IMG/VR virus record: IMGVR_UViG_3300003267_000135
Coordinates: 1-64,000 of that record
DNA from: an uncultured virus (IMG/VR IMGVR_UViG_3300003267_000135)
Taxonomy: Duplodnaviria > Heunggongvirae > Uroviricota > Caudoviricetes
Direction: 5' to 3' (one strand)
Length of the DNA stretch: 64,000 nt
Below, piece after piece: positions 36,724 through 44,891 of this stretch (positions are counted from its first letter, which is position 1; the number at the start of each line of letters is the position of its first letter). The position numbers were made by a program, and so were the translations under genes. The notes under the pieces were generated by a model. That model was not told the DNA's origin. It saw nothing but the letters and a program-made list of their open reading frames with translations, and ran no database searches.

Positions 36724-36954
36724 ATGAGTGCCGCACAATGGCCGAAGTTCGGGGCCGAATACCGGCATCCCGACGGCGGAACCTACGTCTTTCATTTCAT
36801 CGCTCGCGATCACGACGACGCCCGCATTCGGCTTCGAGCGATTCGCGGCAACGCTGAATTGCTTGGCGAACTCAAGGCGACGATTCCCGCAACCATTCCG
36901 GGTGCGGGCTTGTGGGTGAGGCTTCGTTGCTGGTGGGGTAATCTTTTTCGTTAA
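36724..36954 (+). CDS. Hypothetical protein
   Basis: F..EY....F...A.D..DA..RL..IR.NA.L.GEL. Confidence 0.55.
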   Translation: MSAAQWPKFGAEYRHPDGGTYVFHFIARDHDDARIRLRAIRGNAELLGELKATIPATIPGAGLWVRLRCWWGNLFR

Positions 36955-36959
36955 ATCCC

Positions 36960-37892
36960 GTGCTCGATCTCACAATTTTGCCCAAACGCTATCTCGACGC
37001 GCTGGGGCGAGCGGAAATTGCCCGTCTGTGCGGGCAAACCGAGAATGTCGTCGCGATGTGGATCAAGCGGGGAAAGTTCCCGATTGATGCGCTGCAACGC
37101 CTGCTCGTTCACGACCCATCGCCGCTTCACGAGATTCAACCGCTCTACACGGTTGAACCGCTCAACAAGAAGCTGGCGATCCTGATGCCGCTCTCGACGC
37201 CGCCCAATCCGCATGTGTTGGATTGTTTCGCGCTCCTCTACGACAAGCGGGAGATGGGATACCAACGGCGGTCTTTTAACTGCCTTTCGGTCGCACGGAA
37301 CTCCCTCGCCGCATGGGCGCTTCGTCAGCCGTCGCTCGAATGGTTCTTCTGGCTGGATGGAGGCGATACGATTGTCCCTGCGGGCGATCCGCTCTGGTAT
37401 AAGCAAGCCGCCGACATGCCGAACGTTTCGGATGTGTATGCGGGCATCAACACGATCTATCGCCTGCTTTCGCACCGGCTGAAACGCGGGATCAAAGACG
37501 CGACGTTTGTCTCGTGCTCCTACGTCTCGAAAAAAGACCGTGGCGATCCGCAGTTCGGCGGAGGCCCGCAAATGCGGCAGCTCGTGCGCCAAGGTCCGCA
37601 AGACAGGTTAATCGAAGTGCCGTGGGTCGGTTTTGGTGGCGTCCTTACGCATCGCTCTGTATTCGAGGACATCATACGCACGCAAGGTGACGAAATCAAA
37701 ATGGAGCCCAATAGCGTCGGCAGTCGGTTCGGCTATCAGTGGGGATTCTTCAGCCCGCTTGATCGCCACACGCCGGGCGACGACGTGCCATTCGCCGAAC
37801 GCGCTCGCAAAGCCGGTCATAAAATCTATGTCGATCTTGCCGTTCAGGCCGGTCACTTCGGGGACCGCGTTTTCACCTTCAACAACCTTTGA
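36960..37892 (+). CDS. GT-A-like glycosyltransferase with N-terminal HTH
   Basis: ARNSL, FFWLDGGD, VGFGGVL.HR.VF, GDD..F..RA..AG.KIYVD..V..GH; N-terminal EIARLCG...VAMWIKRG.FP. Confidence 0.7.
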   Translation: MLDLTILPKRYLDALGRAEIARLCGQTENVVAMWIKRGKFPIDALQRLLVHDPSPLHEIQPLYTVEPLNKKLAILMPLSTPPNPHVLDCFALLYDKREMGYQRRSFNCLSVARNSLAAWALRQPSLEWFFWLDGGDTIVPAGDPLWYKQAADMPNVSDVYAGINTIYRLLSHRLKRGIKDATFVSCSYVSKKDRGDPQFGGGPQMRQLVRQGPQDRLIEVPWVGFGGVLTHRSVFEDIIRTQGDEIKMEPNSVGSRFGYQWGFFSPLDRHTPGDDVPFAERARKAGHKIYVDLAVQAGHFGDRVFTFNNL

Positions 37893-38116
37893 GCACAAAG
37901 CCGCTGAAACCCGCCGAGCGCGACAAGCTGCATAGCCGCATGGCCGAATACTTGGAGAACCGCGCCGCCGACCGTAAGCCGAGGTTCCAAGGCAACCGCG
38001 TGAACTACGACTTTGGCGCGAAACGTCGCGACCGGCTCAACCGTGATGAGCATAAGCCGTGCATGGTGTTCACGTCGGCGTATCGCGAGAACTACGACGC
38101 TATATTCCGTCGTTGA
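37889..38116 (+). CDS. Hypothetical protein
   Basis: C-terminal AYRENYDAIF motif. Confidence 0.5.
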   Translation: MSTKPLKPAERDKLHSRMAEYLENRAADRKPRFQGNRVNYDFGAKRRDRLNRDEHKPCMVFTSAYRENYDAIFRR

Positions 38117-38134
38117 CCTTTTGCATGGCGCAAG
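38117..38134 (+). promoter_or_regulatory. Variant of the repeated motif (CCTTTTGCATGGCGCAAG)
   Basis: 26 nt before ATG 38161; shares GCATGGCGCAAGTCAG exactly with 16800-16815. Confidence 0.62.
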
Positions 38135-38160
38135 TCAGTCAGCTTTCAAATCCGTAACGC

Positions 38161-39645
38161 ATGAACACCCAACAGCTCAGTTCGCCGCCTGCTATGGTCC
38201 GCCTTGCCAACGGCCAGATGGTCCCAGCCGCGCAAATGTCCAAATATCCGACGAAGCCGCGAAAACTTCTGATTTGTTTGCAGTATTGGGCAGGAGACAA
38301 AGACACCTGCGAAGAGTTGGCCGGCATGATCGCCGACTTGGAGCGCGTGAAGAACCACGACGCCGACATTTTGTTTTTCGGTCGCAGCGATGCCGGCGCA
38401 CCATCCCACGACATCATCAGCAAAATGTCGGGTAAGTTCGACAAGGTGATGCACGAAAAATGCCGCCGTGCCGCACCGAATCCCGGCAACTGTCACCCCT
38501 ACGCGTGCAACCAGTTGTTTTACGACATGGTGACGCTGTTTTCGCAGGTGAAGCCATGGATCAACGACTACTACGCGTTCATCAACCTCGAAACCGACTG
38601 CGTTCCGACGCGCCCCGGCTGGATTCACGAGCTGATCGCGGCGTGGAGGCTCGCCGACTCGCAGGGAAAAGCCTGCATCGGCTTCATCCATGACGACGTG
38701 AAGCGGCACATGAACGGCGTCGGCGTTTACGCGATCGATATGTGGGCGCGGGTTGGCAGCAACAAGCTGGCAGGAGGAAGCCCACAAGTGCCCTACGACA
38801 TCCGGCACGCGGACAGCATTCTCCCGCTCGCCGTCGATTCGCCGCTGTTCTATTTCGAGTATCGGCGCGCGACCATCACACCGGACGACCTGTTTGCCGA
38901 ACGCCGCGACGGGATCGCCCCGGCCATCTGGCACGGCGTCAAGGACGGCAGTGCGCGGGCGGCAGTGAAGGCCCGGCACATCACATTCACCGAGCAGCGC
39001 GAGTTGTCGCGGACGACGGTGCTGACGTTTTACGAGCCGAGTGACTACACCAGCCAGACGGAAAGCGCCGCACTGTTGGAAGTCTGGCGCGATGGTTGGA
39101 AATCCCGCGGGTGGAACCCTGTCGTGCTGTCCTCGCGCGACGCCATCAAACATGCGCGTTTCCGTGAGATCATGGCGCACGTGCAATTGCTTCCGCACAT
39201 CGGCCACGACTCCGCGCACGCCAATCGCTTCATGCGCTGGCTGGCCCTTGCGCGGTTGGGCGGCGGTCTAATGGTCGATTACGACCTGATTCCTGCCAAT
39301 TTCACGCCACATGATCTGCCGGATGGTAGCGCGGCTATCATTGACGCCGAAAGTGCCCAGCTTTGCGGCCTACGGCTCTCCCGCGAGGATGCTGCGCGCT
39401 GGCTGGACGCGATCTTGCGCTATGTCGCACGGCAGGAAGATGCCGGCAATGTCACCGACCTGACCGTTTTCCAAAACGCGATTGAGTTGGCCGAAGTGGA
39501 GAACATCGAAGCACGAGCCTACGGCATCGCGGACGGTTGGGCCGAGGCACGGCTGGTTCATTTCTCCGAATCCGCCGTCAACAAGATGAAACCGGGCACG
39601 CGCAAGAGCGTCGCGGTGGACGGGTATTTGAGGGCGAAAGTATGA
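38161..39645 (+). CDS. Two-domain putative glycosyltransferase
   Basis: LETDC.P (ExD), HMNG, HGVKD in domain 1; RW.AL..GGLMVDYD (DxD) in domain 2. Confidence 0.65.
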   Translation: MNTQQLSSPPAMVRLANGQMVPAAQMSKYPTKPRKLLICLQYWAGDKDTCEELAGMIADLERVKNHDADILFFGRSDAGAPSHDIISKMSGKFDKVMHEKCRRAAPNPGNCHPYACNQLFYDMVTLFSQVKPWINDYYAFINLETDCVPTRPGWIHELIAAWRLADSQGKACIGFIHDDVKRHMNGVGVYAIDMWARVGSNKLAGGSPQVPYDIRHADSILPLAVDSPLFYFEYRRATITPDDLFAERRDGIAPAIWHGVKDGSARAAVKARHITFTEQRELSRTTVLTFYEPSDYTSQTESAALLEVWRDGWKSRGWNPVVLSSRDAIKHARFREIMAHVQLLPHIGHDSAHANRFMRWLALARLGGGLMVDYDLIPANFTPHDLPDGSAAIIDAESAQLCGLRLSREDAARWLDAILRYVARQEDAGNVTDLTVFQNAIELAEVENIEARAYGIADGWAEARLVHFSESAVNKMKPGTRKSVAVDGYLRAKV

Positions 39646-39818
39646 AAACCATCAACATCCTGATCCTGCTGCTGTCAGGAAATCTGAAATGCCACCGGGC
39701 CGACGCCACAGGTGATCGTCGTTGGTGGGTTTATTTTTCGTCGGTCGGAAGCGCCGATAGCGGCGCGGCGGGAAAATCGCTGATCCGCGCGCTGTGGGCG
39801 CTCAGGGAAAAAACCTGA
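39642..39818 (+). CDS. Small hypothetical protein
   Basis: ATGA-coupled. Confidence 0.4.
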   Translation: MKTINILILLLSGNLKCHRADATGDRRWWVYFSSVGSADSGAAGKSLIRALWALREKT

Positions 39819-39821
39819 TCT

Positions 39822-41165
39822 GTGAAGATAACCGCCCTGACCACTGCTTGCCACCGTCCCGAGGCGTGGGCGCTTGCCGAGAGCTACATGCGGCGGCAGA
39901 CCATGCAGCCGGTGCAGTGGTTAGTTTTGGACGACGACGAGCCCAAGACGGTCTGCACAATGGGACAGGAGTATTACCACTGGCCTGAGCTGGCCGGGCG
40001 CGGGAGCCTGACCCAAAAATTCCGACGCGCACTCGAAATGGATTTGGTAAAAGGCGATGCCATCGTAGTAGCTGAGAACGATGATTTTTACGCGCCCGAC
40101 TGGATCGAGTGGTGCGCCGAACAGCTCGTGACGCGCGATCTGGTGGGTGAAGGCCGCGCGCTTTATTACAACGTGCGTGAACGCTTTTGGTTTGAACATA
40201 GCAATTTGCAGCACGCGTCGCTTTGCCAGACCGCGATCCACCGTCGCGCATTCCCCGAACTGTTGAAGCAATGTCAGGACACGCTTTGCCCCTTTCTGGA
40301 TGTGCGACTCTGGCGCGCGATTCGGCAAAACAAACAGGTGTTTGACCCCTACCGTCCCGGCAATAAACGCCGCCTCGTGGGCATCAAGGGAATGCCGGGA
40401 CGCGTCGGCTACGGCGGTGGTCACGGTGCTCGCGACAGGTCTGCCGTCGATGATCATAGCCTCACGAAGCTGCGCGGGCTGATCGGCGAAACCGATGCCG
40501 CAGCGTATGAGCCGTTTTTCAATCCATCGCCCAAACCGCTTCCGACCGAGAAAAACCTGCACATCCAACAGCAACCCCTTCGAAAAATGATCACCAAATC
40601 TGAAGCTGGACGCGTTCACGGCCCCAATTGGATAAACTGGCTAGGGCATTTGCGCGGACAACCCGGCGTTGTCGGTTTGGAAATAGGAACGTTCGAAGGC
40701 GATTCCGCCGAGTTCCTTTGTGACAACGTATTCACGCATCCCGATTCGCAGTATCACTGCGTTGACCCGTTTACCGGCTCCGTGGAGCACCACGTCGGCG
40801 GTTTCAACGTTTCCAAGCTGGAGGAAACGGCGCGGCTCAAGCTCGCACGCTTCCCAAATATCGAAATCCACAAGGGTTATTCACAGGACGTTTTGCGCAC
40901 GCTCCCGAAAAACGCCTTCGATTTCATCTACGTGGACGGATCGCACACAACGCGCGACGTGTTGCGCGACGGCGTGTTGGCATTCGACCTTTTGAAGATC
41001 GGCGGCACAATCATCTTTGATGATGTGAAGTGGGCCGTTTTCCCGAACGAGCTGGATCGGCCAAAGCTGGGAATTGATTCCTTCGTGCGCTGCTATTCAG
41101 GCAAAATCGAGCTGCTGAAACCACACGGGGGTTGGCAACTCGCACTCAGGAAGACGAAGGAATGA
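39822..41165 (+). CDS. GT2-like glycosyltransferase fused to a class I SAM methyltransferase
   Basis: WLVLDD, ENDDFY; LEIGTFEGDS, CVDPF, FDFIYVDGSH, GGTIIFDD. Confidence 0.82.
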   Translation: MKITALTTACHRPEAWALAESYMRRQTMQPVQWLVLDDDEPKTVCTMGQEYYHWPELAGRGSLTQKFRRALEMDLVKGDAIVVAENDDFYAPDWIEWCAEQLVTRDLVGEGRALYYNVRERFWFEHSNLQHASLCQTAIHRRAFPELLKQCQDTLCPFLDVRLWRAIRQNKQVFDPYRPGNKRRLVGIKGMPGRVGYGGGHGARDRSAVDDHSLTKLRGLIGETDAAAYEPFFNPSPKPLPTEKNLHIQQQPLRKMITKSEAGRVHGPNWINWLGHLRGQPGVVGLEIGTFEGDSAEFLCDNVFTHPDSQYHCVDPFTGSVEHHVGGFNVSKLEETARLKLARFPNIEIHKGYSQDVLRTLPKNAFDFIYVDGSHTTRDVLRDGVLAFDLLKIGGTIIFDDVKWAVFPNELDRPKLGIDSFVRCYSGKIELLKPHGGWQLALRKTKE

Positions 41166-41171
41166 GCAGCG

Positions 41172-41915
41172 ATGATTGAGGCGCACTTACTTTGTTACAA
41201 CGAGCGCGAGATTTTGCCCTACGCGCTGCGCCACTGGACTTCGTTTTGTGATAGGATAGTGGTTCACGACGCCTTTTCAGACGATGGCTCCAGAGACATT
41301 GCGAAGCGATTCGGAGCGGAGATAAGGGATTTCGTTACCGATGGCGTAAACGACATCCTCGCCAAGCAACTCAAGGAACGCTGCGTGATGGAGAGCAAAG
41401 CCGATTGGTGCGCCGTCGTGGACGCGGACGAGTTGATTTACTTTCCTCACGGCTGGTTTCACACACTCGCCAGCTACGAATCAAACGGCGTCGCCGTCGT
41501 GCGTCCTCACGGCTGGGAAATGTTCAGCGAGACGTTCCCAACAACCCAAGGCCAGATTTACGACGAAGTGATCAACGGCGCTCGCGATCAAAAGTGGTAT
41601 GGTAAAGCGGTCTTCGTCGCACCGCAGCGCATCAAGTCGATCGTCTTTGGGGCCGGCGCGCATCAAACTTGGGCCACGCTTAAGGATGGAACCAAGTGGG
41701 ATGACGTGAAGGAGACGACGGAACCGGAAGCATACTTGCTCCACTGCAAACACCTCGGGCCGATCGATCGCGCCATTGCTCGCTATACGCGGCAGCAACA
41801 GCGGCATTCGGCTACCAACAAGAAGAACAAATTCGGGAATTTCGAGGCTCCATCCAAACACGCCGCCGACAAGCGCGCCGCGATCATGGCACGGTTGGAG
41901 CGGGTGATTCGGTAG
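41172..41915 (+). CDS. GT2-family glycosyltransferase
   Basis: YNE..ILP, D..S.DGS, DWC.VVDADE, GAH, LLH.K. Confidence 0.82.
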   Translation: MIEAHLLCYNEREILPYALRHWTSFCDRIVVHDAFSDDGSRDIAKRFGAEIRDFVTDGVNDILAKQLKERCVMESKADWCAVVDADELIYFPHGWFHTLASYESNGVAVVRPHGWEMFSETFPTTQGQIYDEVINGARDQKWYGKAVFVAPQRIKSIVFGAGAHQTWATLKDGTKWDDVKETTEPEAYLLHCKHLGPIDRAIARYTRQQQRHSATNKKNKFGNFEAPSKHAADKRAAIMARLERVIR

Positions 41916-42051
41916 CGCGAGACATCTGCCAACGCTTGAGGGCGGCTTGGCGCATCACCTCCGAATCGCGCGCCTTGGACTTTCCGGTCCCAGCCCTTCC
42001 ACCACGGCGACCGAGTTTAACCGCAGCGGGGTCTTTACGCGGTGTGTGCAT
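41884..42051 (-). CDS. Small basic protein (KDPAAV.LGR.GG family)
   Basis: [13 protein letters not shown]...AALKRW; overlaps the intI 3' end. Confidence 0.6.
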   Translation of the reverse strand: MHTPRKDPAAVKLGRRGGRAGTGKSKARDSEVMRQAALKRWQMSRATESPAPTVP

Positions 42052-43015
42052 GGTCGGTTGCCGGGGATTGGATGCCCGGCAATGCGAAGCGCAATGGCGA
42101 TGCATCCCGAAGCAAATCCAGCGGGCTTGGCGAAGCGGTCACTTGCTGCGGCAGCACGTGGCAGTAAATCTGCGTCGTCTCGATGCTCTCGTGTCCGAGC
42201 AATTCGCTGACGATGTTGATCGGCACTCCTGCCATGAGGAGGTGCGTCGCGAACGAGTGTCGGAGCACGTGCATGGTCACGCGCTTGCGGATCGCGGCTT
42301 GGTAGCTGGCGCGCTTCAGCGCCTTCACCATGCTATCCTCGTGAACGTGGTGACGCCGGATGATTTTCGTTACGGGATCGGTAGCGAGCTTCGCGCTGGG
42401 GAATGCCCAGAACCAGCCCCACTCGCGGCCAGCACTGGGAAACTTTCGCTCCATTCCATCTGGCAGAAATACCGGAGGAAGTCCGCGGAGTTTGTCGGCA
42501 TCCCAAAGGGCGCGCACGCGCTGCAAATGCTCGCCGAGTCGAGATACCAGCGAAACCGGGATGGGAACGCTGCGGTCCTTGTCGCGCTTGGCACCGCGAA
42601 TCNNCTCCATCAGCCGCAGGCCGCAGCCGTAGTAGAGTTCGAACATGAGCCCGCGCGTGCCGGAGGTGAGCGCGAGTAATCGCTGCATTTCCTGCGGTGA
42701 GAGCCAGACCGGCAGTCGGCGTGGAATGCGGGCACGTGACCATTGGCCCAGATCGCCGATCTCAATTTCGAGCACCTGTTTGAAGAGGAAAACAGCGGCG
42801 TTGAGTGCGAGTGCCTGAGTCTTGGCGGCAACGCGCGGGGCCATTTCTTCGAGCCATCCGCGGATGCGATCCGAGGGCTTGGTGAATTCAGGGTGTGCGA
42901 GGCAGAAGTCTAGAAACTTTCCGATTTCTGCGCGGTATCGCTGCTCGGTCTTAGGCTTGAAATGCCGTGTCTGGCATACGGCAGCGACGCGTTTGAGGAT
43001 GTCGGCTTTTTTCAT
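42035..43015 (-). CDS. intI: Integron integrase (tyrosine recombinase, IntI clade)
   Basis: [32 protein letters not shown]; integron-specific insertion V.LP..ERKFP.A..EW.WFWAFP..DP...RRHH; AGGAG RBS; nn gap at 42603. Confidence 0.93.
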   Translation of the reverse strand: MKKADILKRVAAVCQTRHFKPKTEQRYRAEIGKFLDFCLAHPEFTKPSDRIRGWLEEMAPRVAAKTQALALNAAVFLFKQVLEIEIGDLGQWSRARIPRRLPVWLSPQEMQRLLALTSGTRGLMFELYYGCGLRLMEXIRGAKRDKDRSVPIPVSLVSRLGEHLQRVRALWDADKLRGLPPVFLPDGMERKFPSAGREWGWFWAFPSAKLATDPVTKIIRRHHVHEDSMVKALKRASYQAAIRKRVTMHVLRHSFATHLLMAGVPINIVSELLGHESIETTQIYCHVLPQQVTASPSPLDLLRDASPLRFALPGIQSPATDHAHTA

Positions 43016-43019
43016 ACTC

Positions 43020-43054
43020 TCCTAGAAAGTTGGTCGGAGAATTACTTGTTAGGC
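43020..43054 (+). other. attI: Putative attI site
   Basis: GTTAGGC core at 43048-43054 just upstream of the intI start, with no preceding attC hairpin; complementary to R'' of the first attC. Confidence 0.72.
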
Positions 43055-43354
43055 ATTAAGAGCATGGTGTGCCGTGTTGAGAATTTTCCGATAACCGTTC
43101 GGCAGCCGCGCGACCTTGGAAATCGGGTTGTATTCGAAGTGGTGCTCGGTCTCGTCCATGATGACTTGCAGCGCGTTTTCGCAAAGCGTCAGGCGGCGCG
43201 CGGCGTCACGAAGACCTTGGATTTCGCGCTGCTCTTCCTTGCGCGCGTCTTCATCGACCGCGCCGAGGGCGTGCAGCATTTCCTCTTTGTCATCCGCGAG
43301 GTGTTTTAGCCAAGCGGGGCCTCCCAGTGGGACGGTTTCAGTTTTTGTGCTCAT
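43049..43354 (-). CDS. Cassette 1 ORF, hypothetical
   Basis: MSTKTE..; stop TAA lies inside the GTTAGGC core. Confidence 0.65.
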   Translation of the reverse strand: MSTKTETVPLGGPAWLKHLADDKEEMLHALGAVDEDARKEEQREIQGLRDAARRLTLCENALQVIMDETEHHFEYNPISKVARLPNGYRKILNTAHHALNA

Positions 43355-43365
43355 AGGTAATTCGT

Positions 43366-43462
43366 GCCTAACTGTTGCTAGAGCCAACGCCGCTGGCGTC
43401 AGCCGTTGAGTGATTTCGTTGCTCCGTCCGCGCCAGCGTCGCGGCTCACCGTTTTGTTAGGC
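43366..43462 (+). other. attC: attC site 1 (97 bp)
   Basis: GCCTAAC..GCTAGAGC..GCTCACC..GTTAGGC with CGCTGGCG/CGCCAGCG inner stem. Confidence 0.85.
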
Positions 43463-43696
43463 GGAAGGCTCGCCACCCCACAGCGCGGGGGCGCGCTCAG
43501 TGGCCATTGCGGCGTCGATGGCTGCGCGGGCCGTTTGGTGTTCCGTCGTGCGCGGCGGATCGACGCGAAAATCAACGAGCAGCCACGTTTCTCCGTCATC
43601 GGCTGGCCACACGTCGACGTTCATTGAGAGAAGCGCGTCGAGACGATGCTTGTCTCTTAGCAGTTCCGAGCATTGGTGTCCTTCGTAGGCGATCAT
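43457..43696 (-). CDS. Cassette 2 ORF b, small phage-type protein
   Basis: RD..RLD.L...R.AIDAAM; stop inside the core site; ATGA-coupled to ORF a. Confidence 0.6.
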   Translation of the reverse strand: MIAYEGHQCSELLRDKHRLDALLSMNVDVWPADDGETWLLVDFRVDPPRTTEHQTARAAIDAAMATERAPALWGGEPSA

Positions 43697-43866
43697 TTGT
43701 AGTCTATGGTTTTGTTGCAGAATTGGCAGCGCCACGCGCCGTCACGACACTCGCCGCCGCAGAGTCGGACAAAGCATCGCAAACGCCTAACCACACGCCA
43801 GAGCCAACGTCCCCGCTGGGGACGTTGGGAGCGTATCACGCGGGAAAGAGCGGGGCCGTGGCTCAT
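43693..43866 (-). CDS. Cassette 2 ORF a (57 aa), reads through attC2
   Basis: MSHGPALSRVIRSQRPQRGRWLWRVVRRLRCFVRLCGGECRDGAWRCQFCNKTIDYK; ATGA overlaps at both ends. Confidence 0.5.
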   Translation of the reverse strand: MSHGPALSRVIRSQRPQRGRWLWRVVRRLRCFVRLCGGECRDGAWRCQFCNKTIDYK

Positions 43867-43881
43867 CGTGGATCGTTAGCC
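43785..43881 (+). other. attC: attC site 2 (97 bp)
   Basis: GCCTAAC-CACAC-GCCAGAGC..CCCCGCT/AGCGGGG..GCTCATC..GTTAGCC. Confidence 0.85.
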
Positions 43882-44162
43882 TCACGCAGAAATGGGCACC
43901 AATCCGGCGTCTCCTCGGTCCTGCCGATTAAGCGCCCGCCGTAGCTCTGGCGCTCGATAGCTTCGATGTGCGCGACGAGCCCTTCATGCCCAGGCACCTC
44001 TTCGCCTTTGAAGGCGTCCGGATGTGAGCACGCATAATCGCGCCACCCACTGGAGCCGCTACGTGTGCATAGGGAGCTGTGGCATTGGTGATATTCACAG
44101 ATCCCGCATCTGGTCGTGACGCGGCTAGGGATCGTGAATCGAGTTGGTCCTTTGGTGTTCAT
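43863..44162 (-). CDS. Cassette 3 ORF, Cys-rich protein
   Basis: CGICEYH..YACSHP..TPDWCP. Confidence 0.65.
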   Translation of the reverse strand: MNTKGPTRFTIPSRVTTRCGICEYHQCHSSLCTRSGSSGWRDYACSHPDAFKGEEVPGHEGLVAHIEAIERQSYGGRLIGRTEETPDWCPFLREANDPR

Positions 44163-44169
44163 AAGAAGA

Positions 44170-44284
44170 GGCTAACCAGTCGCTAGAGCACAACGCTCGG
44201 GGCTGGCCTTGTTATTCGGTTATGGGTTCAACGCTCGGAGCCGAGGGGTTATTCGCCCGAGCGTGGCTCACCTCGGTGTTGGGG
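44170..44284 (+). other. attC: attC site 3 (115 bp)
   Basis: GGCTAAC-CAGTC-GCTAGAGC..ACGCTCGGG/CCCGAGCGT..GCTCACC-TCGGT-GTTGGGG. Confidence 0.87.
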
Positions 44285-44288
44285 GCCA

Positions 44289-44579
44289 TCAGGTCGAAGA
44301 CTTGTGCCCGCAGATGGAGCATTTCAGAAAAGAAAGCCCGGCATAGAGCCAGAGACTGAACGCGCGTGCGCCGCACTTGGGGCATTTGAACGTCGTCGAG
44401 ATCAGGCCATCATTCGCCGGCGAATCCTCATCGGCCCCCAACCCCTCCCCAGTGCCAACGCGCACAGTGAGCTCGCGAGATTCGGACGTGGCTTCTGCGC
44501 TCCACCTTTTTAGGGCGCGCTGGTGGCGGCGAATGGCGCAATCGCGTTGATAAGCCGTCTGCTTTGGTGCTGTGCTCAT
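44289..44579 (-). CDS. Cassette 4 ORF, C-terminal zinc ribbon; starts within attC4
   Basis: CPKCG..CSICG. Confidence 0.55.
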   Translation of the reverse strand: MSTAPKQTAYQRDCAIRRHQRALKRWSAEATSESRELTVRVGTGEGLGADEDSPANDGLISTTFKCPKCGARAFSLWLYAGLSFLKCSICGHKSST

Positions 44580-44630
44580 TGGGCATTGTTCTCCGTTCAG
44601 GTGCGCGTCGGCACGTCTCGATTGTTAGCC
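44436..44630 (+). other. attC: attC site 4 (195 bp, long terminal loop)
   Basis: CCCCAAC-CCCTC-CCCAGTGC-CAACGCGCAC...GTGCGCGTCG-GCACGTC-TCGATT-GTTAGCC. Confidence 0.75.
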
Positions 44631-44891
44631 GACATACGCGTGTGAATACTCAACCGCTTGAGCACTGCAAGCAAATAATCATTGACGACAAGCGGAAACG
44701 GTCCGATTCCGCAAACGCCGTCAGATATGTTCGCCACAACCGGCAGGCGAGAACGGGTGAGCGCGAAAGCGACAAAGTGAGTGAGGTGCGGGGCACAGCT
44801 CGCAGGAGGAGGAAATGCCCACCTTCGGATGATGTAACGCAAATGGCGATACGTCGCCACTCAACCGAACGTTAGAAAATCTCTCACTAAA

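Larger units (their letters stand above)
42035..44630. mobile_element. Phage-borne integron with four cassettes (43049-43456, 43457-43875, 43876-44278, 44279-44624)
   Basis: intI + attI + 4 attC; the first 7 nt at each cassette start are the exact reverse complement of that cassette's own R''. Confidence 0.9.

Noticed and set aside
42600..42606. Apparent frameshift/deletion in intI
   Set aside because: Coincides with 'nn'. The missing LRVKD-type segment is best explained by an assembly gap, so it is not called a pseudogene.
43016..43060. LexA box controlling intI
   Set aside because: No CTGT-N8-ACAG or comparable palindrome seen upstream of intI.
43366..44630. CRISPR array or simple terminators
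   Set aside because: Repeats are imperfect, long and separated by gene-sized inserts with RYYYAAC/GTTRRRY-type ends, which fits attC sites.
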